Shown piece after piece: positions 19,063 to 27,314 of a stretch of 64,000 nt of DNA. Position 1 is the stretch's first letter, and the number at the start of each line of letters is the position of its first letter. Under the pieces are notes generated by a model, which saw only the letters and a list, made by a program, of their open reading frames with translations, had not been told where the DNA came from and searched no databases. The DNA comes from Capsulimonadaceae bacterium (lineage in GTDB: Bacteria > Armatimonadota > Armatimonadia > Armatimonadales > Capsulimonadaceae), in the NCBI GenBank assembly GCA_965215505.1, contig OZ244065.1, positions 5,440,001 through 5,504,000 of the forward strand. Reading direction: 5' to 3'. The translations under genes were made by a program, and so were the position numbers.

Positions 19063-21843
19063 TCATCGCGCCCGCAGCGACAGCCGGGCCGAAGCCAGGC
19101 CCGGCGCACTGGCTGTCAGCCCGATGTCGCCTGCCTTCTCGGTCGCGCCGACGATGACCAGGCACTTGCCGTTGAACGCCTTGCGGTGCGTCCCCTTGTC
19201 CGGGTCATGGTCGCCGGGATCGCCATTGCCGACGCCCGCGATGACGCCCGCGCCCTTCACCGAGAACGTGACCGGGGCATCCGCCGTCGGCACGATGCGG
19301 CCCGAGGCATCTACGACATCCACCTCAATCGGCGTCAGGTCCTCGCCGTCCGCCGCCAGCGTCGTCCGGCCCGTCGTCAGGCGCAGGGCGGCGGGCGCAC
19401 CCGTCGTCGCGACCGTGTCCGTCGCGGTGACCGCCGTGCCGTTGTAGCCGCGCGCCGTCAATGTGCCCGGCGCATAGGGGACTGTCCAGTCCAGGTGTTC
19501 GTTGCGGGGCATCGGCTTCCGGCCCAGGCTCCGCCCGTTCAGGAACAATTCCACCGCCTCGCAGTTGCTGAAGGCAATCACGCGGACGGGCAGCCCCTCC
19601 TTGCCGGGCCAGTTCCAGTGCGGGAAAATGTGGACGAGCGGGGCGGACTTCCAGGCGGCCTGGTAGTAATAATAGTTGTCCTTGGGGAACCCGCACATGT
19701 CCAGGATGCCGAAGTGCGAATTGACGTCCGGCCACTGGTAGGGCGTCGGCTCGCCCTTATAGTCGAACCCCGTCCAGGCGAAGCCGCCCGCGACGAAGGG
19801 CCGGTCGGCGATAGGCTTCCAGGCTCCTTCCGTCAGGTTGTAGGACGTGACAAAGACTCGCTCTTTCTTGTTCTCGTACTCGCCGCGCGTGGTCAGGGTG
19901 CTGGCCGTCTCACTGCCGAACAGCGGTAGGGTAGGGTACATCGCGTGGAACTTGTCGTAGACCTCCGGGTAGTAGTTGACCCCCATCAGGTCCTCGACGT
20001 TCCGGAAGCCGGGATCGAACCAGCCGCCGTTCATGGCGCTGGAAACCATCCGGGTCGGGTCGTTCTGGAGGACAGTCTGACGCATGGCTTTGAAGATCGC
20101 CGCGCCGGTCTCCTTGCCCTGCTGCCCGTTCTCCTCGTTCGCCATAGACCACAGGATAATGCTGGGGTGGTTGCGGTCGCGCTGAACCAGGCTCGCCACT
20201 TCCTTCAGGTTGTCCGGCGAGTCGCCGAGGTGCCGGTTCTCGTCCATGACCAGCATCCCCAGCCGGTCGCAGGCGTCCAGCAGTTCGGGCGTGGGAGGGT
20301 TGTGGGACATGCGCCAGCCGTTGCCGCCCATCTCCTTGAGCTTCGCAACGCGCCACGCTTCCAATGTATCCGGGACGGCGATGCCGACGCCCGCGAAGTC
20401 CTGATGGTTGCACGTCCCCTTGATCTTGACCGGCCTGCCGTTCAGGAAGAAGCCCTTCTCGGCATCAAAGCGGATGGTACGGATGCCGAACGGCGTATCC
20501 GTGGCATCCACAACGCGGCCGTTCTGCCGTATCTCCGTGTGGAGCGTGTAGAGGCGCGGCGTCTCGATAGACCAGAGCGCGGGGCGCGCGACGCCGATCT
20601 GCTGCGTGATCTCCTGCCGGCCCGTCGCATCACTGGCCCTGATGACGTGCGCCGGTGCCGTAGCCGTCTCGACGACCACGCCCGCCGGATCAAGGACGCG
20701 GGAGACGAGCGTGAAGGCCCCATTCCCGTAGAAGCGCATCGGGTACTGGATGGCCGTCTTGACCTCAACGGTCGCCAAAGCCGCTCTGCCGTCCGGCCCC
20801 GGCTCGGCCATCTTCGTGCTGACGAACGTCCCCCACGGCGCGACATGGACCGGCGCGGCCTTGTTCAGCCAGACATGGCGGTAGATGCCGCCGCCCTCGT
20901 ACCACCAGCCTTCCGTGTGGGTCGGGTCCACATGCACCGCCAGCACGTTCCGCCCGCCGTAATTGGCATACGGGGCGATGTCGTACCGGAACGACGTGTA
21001 GCCGCTGGCATGGCGGCCCAGAAAGTGCCCGTTGAGCCAGACCTTGCTGTCCCGGTATACGCCGTCGAAATCCACCCAGAGGCTCCGCCCTTTGTCCGAG
21101 GCGGGCAGGTCAAACGCCTTCCGATACCAGCCCATCGTCGTCGGCAGCGACCCGTGCCCGGCGTCCGCCGTCGGGCTGAACGTGCCCTCGATAATAAAAT
21201 CGTGCGGCACATGCACCGTCCGCCACGTCCGGTCGTTGAACTCGGACAGCGTCACTGCCCCGGCGGGGGCCGTCGCCCCGCCTTGCAGAAACACCGGTTT
21301 GGTGATGCCGCCTCCCCCCGCCGTGTTCTCCACCAGCACCGCCAGCGCGTTCGGCCCGCCCCGCTTCCACGCTTTCGCTAGGTCCACGTCAAACGGATCA
21401 TCCCAGCCCTCATGGCGCAGGAGCATTTCCCCGTTCAGATACACCGTCGCGTTGTCGTCTACGCACTCGAAATGCAGGGAATGGACCGCGCCGGGTGCAT
21501 CGGGCAACATCGTCCGAAACCAGGCGAAGCCGACGCGCCCGCCGAACGTCTCCTGCCCCGTCGCCGCGTCCTTCCACTCGGCCCCCATCGTGTCCAGCCC
21601 CGCATCGACCATCCTCGCGGCATCGGCAGGTTCGCCGGCGATGTACCGCCAGCGCGTAATCGGCATCCCCGTCGGCGCGGCGGCGGTGCCGGGGACCTCC
21701 CCCCGCAGGAACTTCCACCCGGCGTCGAGCGAAAGGCGCTCCCGGCCCAGCGCTGCCGCCTGCGCGCTGAGTGTCGTCAGCAACAGAAATAGGAGGCTCA
21801 AAATCAGGAGGCTGAGTGCCGGGAATGTTGTCTGTCTGCTCAT
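19063..21843 (-). CDS. Secreted GH2 beta-galactosidase-like glycoside hydrolase
   Basis: Signal peptide; GWYRK.F, FDGVY, KGTCNHQD, RMSHNPP, RDRNHPSIILWSMANEE and SE motifs; DUF4982-like C-terminus. Confidence 0.92.
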   Translation of the reverse strand: MSRQTTFPALSLLILSLLFLLLTTLSAQAAALGRERLSLDAGWKFLRGEVPGTAAAPTGMPITRWRYIAGEPADAARMVDAGLDTMGAEWKDAATGQETFGGRVGFAWFRTMLPDAPGAVHSLHFECVDDNATVYLNGEMLLRHEGWDDPFDVDLAKAWKRGGPNALAVLVENTAGGGGITKPVFLQGGATAPAGAVTLSEFNDRTWRTVHVPHDFIIEGTFSPTADAGHGSLPTTMGWYRKAFDLPASDKGRSLWVDFDGVYRDSKVWLNGHFLGRHASGYTSFRYDIAPYANYGGRNVLAVHVDPTHTEGWWYEGGGIYRHVWLNKAAPVHVAPWGTFVSTKMAEPGPDGRAALATVEVKTAIQYPMRFYGNGAFTLVSRVLDPAGVVVETATAPAHVIRASDATGRQEITQQIGVARPALWSIETPRLYTLHTEIRQNGRVVDATDTPFGIRTIRFDAEKGFFLNGRPVKIKGTCNHQDFAGVGIAVPDTLEAWRVAKLKEMGGNGWRMSHNPPTPELLDACDRLGMLVMDENRHLGDSPDNLKEVASLVQRDRNHPSIILWSMANEENGQQGKETGAAIFKAMRQTVLQNDPTRMVSSAMNGGWFDPGFRNVEDLMGVNYYPEVYDKFHAMYPTLPLFGSETASTLTTRGEYENKKERVFVTSYNLTEGAWKPIADRPFVAGGFAWTGFDYKGEPTPYQWPDVNSHFGILDMCGFPKDNYYYYQAAWKSAPLVHIFPHWNWPGKEGLPVRVIAFSNCEAVELFLNGRSLGRKPMPRNEHLDWTVPYAPGTLTARGYNGTAVTATDTVATTGAPAALRLTTGRTTLAADGEDLTPIEVDVVDASGRIVPTADAPVTFSVKGAGVIAGVGNGDPGDHDPDKGTHRKAFNGKCLVIVGATEKAGDIGLTASAPGLASARLSLRAR

Positions 21844-21888
21844 CGCGCTTCCTTCGTTGGTACTTGTCACTGATGTTCCGCCAGCTTT

Positions 21889-22071
21889 TCATTGTTGACA
21901 GTTCGTTTTGACGATTTTGACCGCTTTCACGATCTTTATAGGCTTTGCTCCCACTGACCCGTTTCTGCTCGGGAGGAGCGCAAAGGGGTGTTGAGGGAGT
22001 TCGTTTTCACACTTTTCGGCCCTATTTCCCCTTGTGTCTCCCTCCTTCGCCTGGGATTTCCGCGCTGCCAT
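21889..22071 (-). CDS. Possible small protein (60 aa) or gene remnant
   Basis: ATG 22071 preceded by purine-rich AGGAAAGG/GTGAGG and a TATAAT box; no recognisable domain. Confidence 0.3.
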   Translation of the reverse strand: MAARKSQAKEGDTRGNRAEKCENELPQHPFALLPSRNGSVGAKPIKIVKAVKIVKTNCQQ

Positions 22072-22093
22072 CCTCACCCACCGACCTTTCCTG

Positions 22094-22152
22094 TTGATGT
22101 GTTTGTCTACTATTATACCTGAGTTACATTCCGAAAGCGACAAGCACATCAA
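22094..22152 (-). promoter_or_regulatory. Promoter (TATAAT on minus strand) enclosed by a 14-bp inverted repeat, possible operator
   Basis: TTGATGTGTTTGTC (22094-22107) and GACAAGCACATCAA (22139-22152), 13/14 complementary, flanking ATTATA at 22112-22117. Confidence 0.5.
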
Positions 22153-22262
22153 GCCACTAGAAGGAACGGTCTGACAGGAAGTGTCCAGAAGTGAAAGACC
22201 GAGTTAAGGAAGTCTAAGGAGGAATGATGGTGCTTACGGCGGCGTGGGTTGCCAACAGGAAA

Positions 22263-22293
22263 GGCAGCGGCTCCCTTCTATGGAGCCGCTGCC
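22263..22293 (-). terminator. Hairpin, probable terminator
   Basis: GGCAGCGGCTCC-7 nt-GGAGCCGCTGCC, 12-bp stem followed by TTTCC on the minus strand. Confidence 0.65.
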
Positions 22294-22315
22294 AATCGTT
22301 CATGCCCCAAGTATC

Positions 22316-22526
22316 TCATTCAGCCGCCGTCAACTCTTCCTCGGCCATTGTCTGCTCTTCGGTAGGGTCCAGCTTGGCGCACTCCTGGGCCAGCCGACGG
22401 AAGACCTTTTCCTGAACGGCGGCTTGTACCGCTTGGCTGCGGCTGGCGAACACGCGCTTGAACCATCAGGTCCAGACGGTTCAACAACTGTCCATCAATG
22501 GAGATGGTGATTTCGGCAACGCCCAT
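22316..22526 (-). pseudogene. Frameshifted CopG/RHH-type antitoxin of the kind usually paired with MazF/PemK
   Basis: MGVAEITISIDGQLLNRLDLMVQ in one frame continues as VFASRSQAVQAAVQEK..RRLAQECAKLDPTEEQTMAEE after a shift near 22450. No toxin ORF follows. Confidence 0.7.
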
Positions 22527-22609
22527 GCCGAAGCGATAACCCAAGGTCATACCCTGCTGTCAAGGCTCAACTTGCACAGGAGACGGATCGCGTTGGATGC
22601 AGCGCATTA

Positions 22610-22990
22610 TCAGGCCGATGCTTGGTCTGGTTTCTGTAATAAGGGCAAGAGCGACAATAATACCTTCTCGTCGGAGCGATCAGGCTTGCATATGGCTGGC
22701 AGCATTATACTCTGCTCCTGAAAAACAAAGGGGAACTCACCCTTTTGGTAGACGCGCCGCGCTAACGTATTCATGCCAGATACGGCTTTCAGATACTCCA
22801 TGATTTCCCAACCCTCGTCGCGCAAACCCCTCCATACATTGACACCAGACATATCGCGTGAGAGAACAATCAACAGGGAATGCTGTCCCAGTTTGAAATG
22901 AACAGTGTTGGCCTGTACCTTGACCCCTTCAAGTATAACCCTCTCCACAAAAGTTGCGGCAGTTTCTGAGTTGGCTTTCTTGAGCATCAT
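22610..22990 (-). CDS. Hypothetical protein in an AT-richer insert
   Basis: 126-aa ORF with codon usage unlike its neighbours; no motif recognised. Confidence 0.45.
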   Translation of the reverse strand: MMLKKANSETAATFVERVILEGVKVQANTVHFKLGQHSLLIVLSRDMSGVNVWRGLRDEGWEIMEYLKAVSGMNTLARRVYQKGEFPFVFQEQSIMLPAICKPDRSDEKVLLSLLPLLQKPDQASA

Positions 22991-23244
22991 TTCCCATCAC
23001 CGGCCCTTGTGCAACAGCCTAGTTCAGTACTACGCCGCATGAATGAGCCAAAGCATACTATTGTAGCGGCTCTTGCCAAATTTTGGGTGGCGTGAGAATT
23101 GCTGAACACTGCCTGTCATACGCAACGCTGGAAGGCCTTCAGCCTTTTGCAGGCATCGTAGCAAACAAAGAAAACACAAGGACTGCCCCGAACATTACCT
23201 TTGACACGGCATTGGAAGCCTGCCGGATTCATCGGTGCCGCATC

Positions 23245-25347
23245 TCAGCCTCCCTTAACAGGGGAAGGTCGCCGCTCGCGGCGGGGAGAGGCCGCCCGCC
23301 TTTTATACGCTTCCCCCAAAACGCCCCGCGCGGCCTGCACCATCTCTGGGTAAGGCGTGTCGGTGACGGTCACGAAGCCGATGTTGTAGTTCTCGCCGTC
23401 CAGCGTCCGGCCCGTCAGCGGCTCGTCGGTATACTGGAACCAGTGCGCGCCGACGAAGGCGGGGTTGTCCGTGACCGAATGGATGTAGTCCCGGAACATC
23501 GCCGCCCGCGCTGCCTGATTGGGCGTCGAGACGAGGCCGGGGTGGAACAGGCCCCGGTCGAGCGCGCCGAAGTGGAACTCGCCGATGAGGCAGGGCTTGT
23601 TCAAAGCCCCGGTGAAGGCCCACGCCTTGGGGTCCAGGCGCGGGCGGTAAATATTGAAGGAGACGACGTCACAGACCTCGGCGCAGGCCCGGACGACCTC
23701 GGGCGTGTAGTTCGCCAGGCGGCAGCCGAGGTAGAGGTGGTTCGGGTCGTACTTCTTGAGCGTGTCGCGGACTGTCGTGAAGTAGCGCAAGGCGAAGGCG
23801 TGAACGAACTCCGCCATGTCGGCTTTCTGGGCGTCGTTGGGCCTCTGCGTGGCCTTGTACGGCGTGTTCAGATCATCCCAGCCTGCCAGCGCCGTCCCCC
23901 AGGCGGCGTTGAGCTTGCCGACCGTCCCATACTTGGCCGTGAGCTGTGCTTGGAACGCCTTCTTGGCAGGCTGGTCAGCGGGCGCGGCCAGTGCGCCGTA
24001 GGCCAGGCCGTAGCGTCCGCCTTCCACGCTGCCGCCGCTCCAGGACAGCTCGTTGTCCACGAAGTAGCCGAGGCACCAGGGGTCGGCTTTCAGCCGCGTG
24101 GCCTTGTCCCGGAACGAGGCGTCGCAGTCGGTCGCGAACTGCGGGTCGAAGGGGTCGTGCATCTTGCCCCAATAGTCCGAGCCGGAGGCGATCCGGGCGT
24201 GGTCGCCGCCGACGCCCAGCGTGCCGACGTAGGGGACGAGGTGGGCCGCGCCCAGCGCCTCGTCGGACCAGTTGCCGACCGTGTTGAAGCCCCAGGACTT
24301 CAGCCGGGCCAGCGTCGTCTTGCGCCAGGCGGCTTCATAGTCCGGCCCGTCTTTGCGATACAGGTTCGCCCGGTAGAAGTCGAACGTCTTGCCGGATTTG
24401 TAGGGGCCGTACAGGACGTGATCGGTCTGCCCGTAGAAGCGCGCCAATGGGTCCGCCGGCGCGGGGAGGTCGGTGAACAGGGCGGCGCGGGGGTTGACGA
24501 TGGTTTCGCCGCGCAGCTCCATCGTGTCAATGCCCCAGGAAAGGAACAGATGCCCGCCCGGCGTCACCAGCCACCAGCGGCCGTCACGCCTGGTGGTCGT
24601 GAAGTAGTAGGATCGCGGCAGGGTGGGGCCATCCGCCCATCCGCCCCAGACGTCGCGGCCCGGCAGGGTGGGCGCGGCGGCAAGCGCCCGTTCCTCGGCA
24701 CGGCGGCGCTTGCCGAACTCCGCTTCGGTGTGCAGCTTGCCCGGCCAGTCTGCCCGCGAATACTGGCCGAAGCGGTCCACGATGCCTTTGTAGAGATCGC
24801 CCGCCGGGACCGTCGGCAGCAGGCGCAGGCGGCTCAGGCGCAGCGTGACCGGCGCGGCGGGCTGGTGCAGGAAGATCTGGAACGTGGTGATGTGGCCCGC
24901 GTCCACCACGCCGCTGCCGCTCATGGCAGTCATCCCGGCGCGGCCCGGAGTGGGCGGACCGCCGTTCATGCCCATCGTCGCCTTCGAGTCGGGCGTTCCT
25001 AAATCCACGAAGAACGTGCCGGACTTGCCCGCGCCGAGGCTGGCCGACGCCGTGTGGCAGTGCTGAACGCCGTCCGCCTTCGGGTCGTCGTCGATGCGGA
25101 CGTTGAAGTCAACCACATCCGGGCCGGGGTTGGCGGCGTCAAAGGCCAGCGTCGCGTGACCGCGCCAGTCCCACGCCTGCCCGCTGCCCGCCGACCACGA
25201 CACATGAGGCCATTCGGTAGGCTGGAAGGCAACGCGGATGCCGTCTTTGGCGGGCGTCACGGCCGCGTTCACCCCGGCCGGCGGCCCGAAGGACTGCGCC
25301 TGTACGACGCCGACTAAGGACAGCAGAAGCACCAGCACACTTCTCAA
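23245..25347 (-). CDS. GH50 beta-agarase-family glycoside hydrolase with N-terminal CBM-like domain
   Basis: VDRFGQY...WPGK, GFNTVGNWS, GYFVDNELSW, IGEFHFGALDRG and VGAHWFQY.DEP.TGR..DGENYN.GF motifs; probable TTG start at 25347 overlapping the upstream stop; signal peptide. Confidence 0.85.
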   Translation of the reverse strand: MRSVLVLLLSLVGVVQAQSFGPPAGVNAAVTPAKDGIRVAFQPTEWPHVSWSAGSGQAWDWRGHATLAFDAANPGPDVVDFNVRIDDDPKADGVQHCHTASASLGAGKSGTFFVDLGTPDSKATMGMNGGPPTPGRAGMTAMSGSGVVDAGHITTFQIFLHQPAAPVTLRLSRLRLLPTVPAGDLYKGIVDRFGQYSRADWPGKLHTEAEFGKRRRAEERALAAAPTLPGRDVWGGWADGPTLPRSYYFTTTRRDGRWWLVTPGGHLFLSWGIDTMELRGETIVNPRAALFTDLPAPADPLARFYGQTDHVLYGPYKSGKTFDFYRANLYRKDGPDYEAAWRKTTLARLKSWGFNTVGNWSDEALGAAHLVPYVGTLGVGGDHARIASGSDYWGKMHDPFDPQFATDCDASFRDKATRLKADPWCLGYFVDNELSWSGGSVEGGRYGLAYGALAAPADQPAKKAFQAQLTAKYGTVGKLNAAWGTALAGWDDLNTPYKATQRPNDAQKADMAEFVHAFALRYFTTVRDTLKKYDPNHLYLGCRLANYTPEVVRACAEVCDVVSFNIYRPRLDPKAWAFTGALNKPCLIGEFHFGALDRGLFHPGLVSTPNQAARAAMFRDYIHSVTDNPAFVGAHWFQYTDEPLTGRTLDGENYNIGFVTVTDTPYPEMVQAARGVLGEAYKRRAASPRRERRPSPVKGG

Positions 25348-26948
25348 AACGGCGACGCCCCTTCCGGCCCTACCCAGGCGTAGCGCACTTCCTGTTCCCC
25401 GAAGCGCCACCGGCAGGGCAGCAGGGTCTCCTGCCAGTCCAGCGGCTCCCCTAACGGCTGCACTTCGGAGGCCAGCGCGAAGGCGGCGCGCAGGTCGCGC
25501 TCCTCGTCGGGGCCGAGGGCTTTCGGGTCGAGTGACACCAAAGTCATCGTCCCGCTGCGGGCCAGCAGGTCCAGCCACTGCCGGTTGAGGTCCCACGGGA
25601 CGGCCTTCGTGATCCCCACGCAGTCCGCGTCGGCGACGAAGAACGCGCCGTGCTGCGGGGCGCGGAAGGCGAGGCTGTTGACGCCCATCTTCCGGGTCCG
25701 CGCCCACTCCTGCCCGCTGGTGTCGTCGCCGATGCGGCTCATCTCGAACAGGCCTGCCGACAAGTGCCCGACCGTGTTGCAGCCAACGATGAGTGCGCCG
25801 CCAGCCGCCGCGCGGATCGTCCGGTACAGGTCCAAGATCACCTCGGCCGTCGTGCGCCCCTGCCCCTCGGCGAACGTCCAGCCGTCATCGGTCAGCGCCG
25901 CCCCCATCTCGAAGCCCCAGCGCCCGAAAATGTCATCCGTGGTGAAATCGTGTTTAATCAGCCCGTACCCCCATGCCGTCAGCCGGGCGATGTCGGCGGC
26001 GATCTTCTCGCGCACCTCGGGGACCGTCGGGTCGAGAAACTTCGGGTCACGGGACAGCCGCCACCCGGCAGGCGCATCCAGGGCAGCCGTCAGGGGCCGT
26101 ATCCAGAGGCCGGGCCGCGCCCCGATCCGCGTGATGTCGGCGGCCAGGCCCGCCATGTCCGGGAACTTCTCGTTGCCCCGGTCCCAGATGCCGCCGTCCG
26201 AGCCGCCAAAATTGTCGCCGGGATACCACCCCGCATCAACGACGGCGTAGGGCCGGTTCGCTCCGCCCGGCGACAGGTCAACGACGCGCTCGGCGTCCTC
26301 ACGGACCTGCATCGCCGAGATGTTGCCGTAGGCGTAATACCAATCGTTGTGGCCGTAGACCGGGTGGTCGGGGAGGCGCGGGACGGGACACATCTGCCGG
26401 CAGAAGGCGCGCAGGGCGGCGAACGGCGATTCGCCCTCCGCACCCGTCCGGCACAGCACCTCGCAGACGTCCAGGATGCGCGCCCCGAGCTGCACCCCGC
26501 GCCCGCCGCTCCGCACGTCCGCCCACAGGCTGACGCCCTCCGAGTCGGCCTGCCAGAAGCAGAACGCGTGCGGCAGGGTGCGGACGCCGTAGCCGTGTGT
26601 CCGCGTCCCGTCCCAGGCCGCCCAATACCAGGGCAGGATGCGGTCGGGCGTGACCCCGCGCCACTCCAGGTCGCCGTAGCCGCGCTCCCAGGCATCCCCG
26701 AGAATCAGGCGGACGCCGTCCGCCCGGCCGTGCCAGCGCAGCCGCAGGCGATTGACGGTGGACGTGGGGGCGGACAGCGTCACGCGCAGGCCGTCGTCAG
26801 CGGCGAGAGTCGTGACCTCAATGTCCGCGTCCTGCCACCGCCCATCAGGGGCGGCCCGGAGCGTCTGCTCCCCGGCCTCGGTGAACACGGTGATGCCGTC
26901 GGGCGCGCGGCGCAGGTCGTGGAAAGTGTCGGGGACGGGCTGTTTCAT
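25344..26948 (-). CDS. Alpha-galactosidase-like (clan GH-D, GH36/GH27-like) hydrolase
   Basis: NDWYYAYG, VVDAGW, LIKHDF (nucleophile Asp) and RIGDD (acid/base Asp) motifs. Confidence 0.75.
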   Translation of the reverse strand: MKQPVPDTFHDLRRAPDGITVFTEAGEQTLRAAPDGRWQDADIEVTTLAADDGLRVTLSAPTSTVNRLRLRWHGRADGVRLILGDAWERGYGDLEWRGVTPDRILPWYWAAWDGTRTHGYGVRTLPHAFCFWQADSEGVSLWADVRSGGRGVQLGARILDVCEVLCRTGAEGESPFAALRAFCRQMCPVPRLPDHPVYGHNDWYYAYGNISAMQVREDAERVVDLSPGGANRPYAVVDAGWYPGDNFGGSDGGIWDRGNEKFPDMAGLAADITRIGARPGLWIRPLTAALDAPAGWRLSRDPKFLDPTVPEVREKIAADIARLTAWGYGLIKHDFTTDDIFGRWGFEMGAALTDDGWTFAEGQGRTTAEVILDLYRTIRAAAGGALIVGCNTVGHLSAGLFEMSRIGDDTSGQEWARTRKMGVNSLAFRAPQHGAFFVADADCVGITKAVPWDLNRQWLDLLARSGTMTLVSLDPKALGPDEERDLRAAFALASEVQPLGEPLDWQETLLPCRWRFGEQEVRYAWVGPEGASPF

Positions 26949-27030
26949 GATGGCCCCATTGTATCACGTTCCTGGAAGAAGTCAAGGCCGGCGCGGGCGG
27001 GGCACGGGGCCGTACCCCCCAAACACGGAA

Positions 27031-27061
27031 TCAGCGGCTCCTGGGACATAGGAGCCGCTGA
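27031..27061. terminator. Hairpin, probable terminator
   Basis: TCAGCGGCTCCT-7 nt-AGGAGCCGCTGA. Confidence 0.6.
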
Positions 27062-27089
27062 CTGCTGCTGATCGCCTCGGAGCTGATTT

Positions 27090-27314
27090 TCAATCCTGCG
27101 GCTCCTGCCAGTGCCGCTCCATCGCCTGCTCCCAGAATCCCAGCGAATCCGGCCCCGCCGGGGCCTCCTCCGCATCCCGCCGCGCCAGGGCCTCTGCCAC
27201 CAATGCGCTCAGATACTCCTCGACGCTCTCCCCGCGCGTCCGTGCCTGCCGCGCCGCCATCTTCTCCGACTCAGGTGGCAGTGTGACCGTGTAAGTCATG
27301 GGCGTTTGGCTCAT
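27090..27314 (-). CDS. Small RHH/antitoxin-like protein (74 aa)
   Basis: MSQTPMTYTVTLPPESEKMAARQARTRGESVEEYLSALVAEAL has a strand-helix-helix pattern; ATGA overlap with the upstream gene. Confidence 0.6.
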   Translation of the reverse strand: MSQTPMTYTVTLPPESEKMAARQARTRGESVEEYLSALVAEALARRDAEEAPAGPDSLGFWEQAMERHWQEPQD

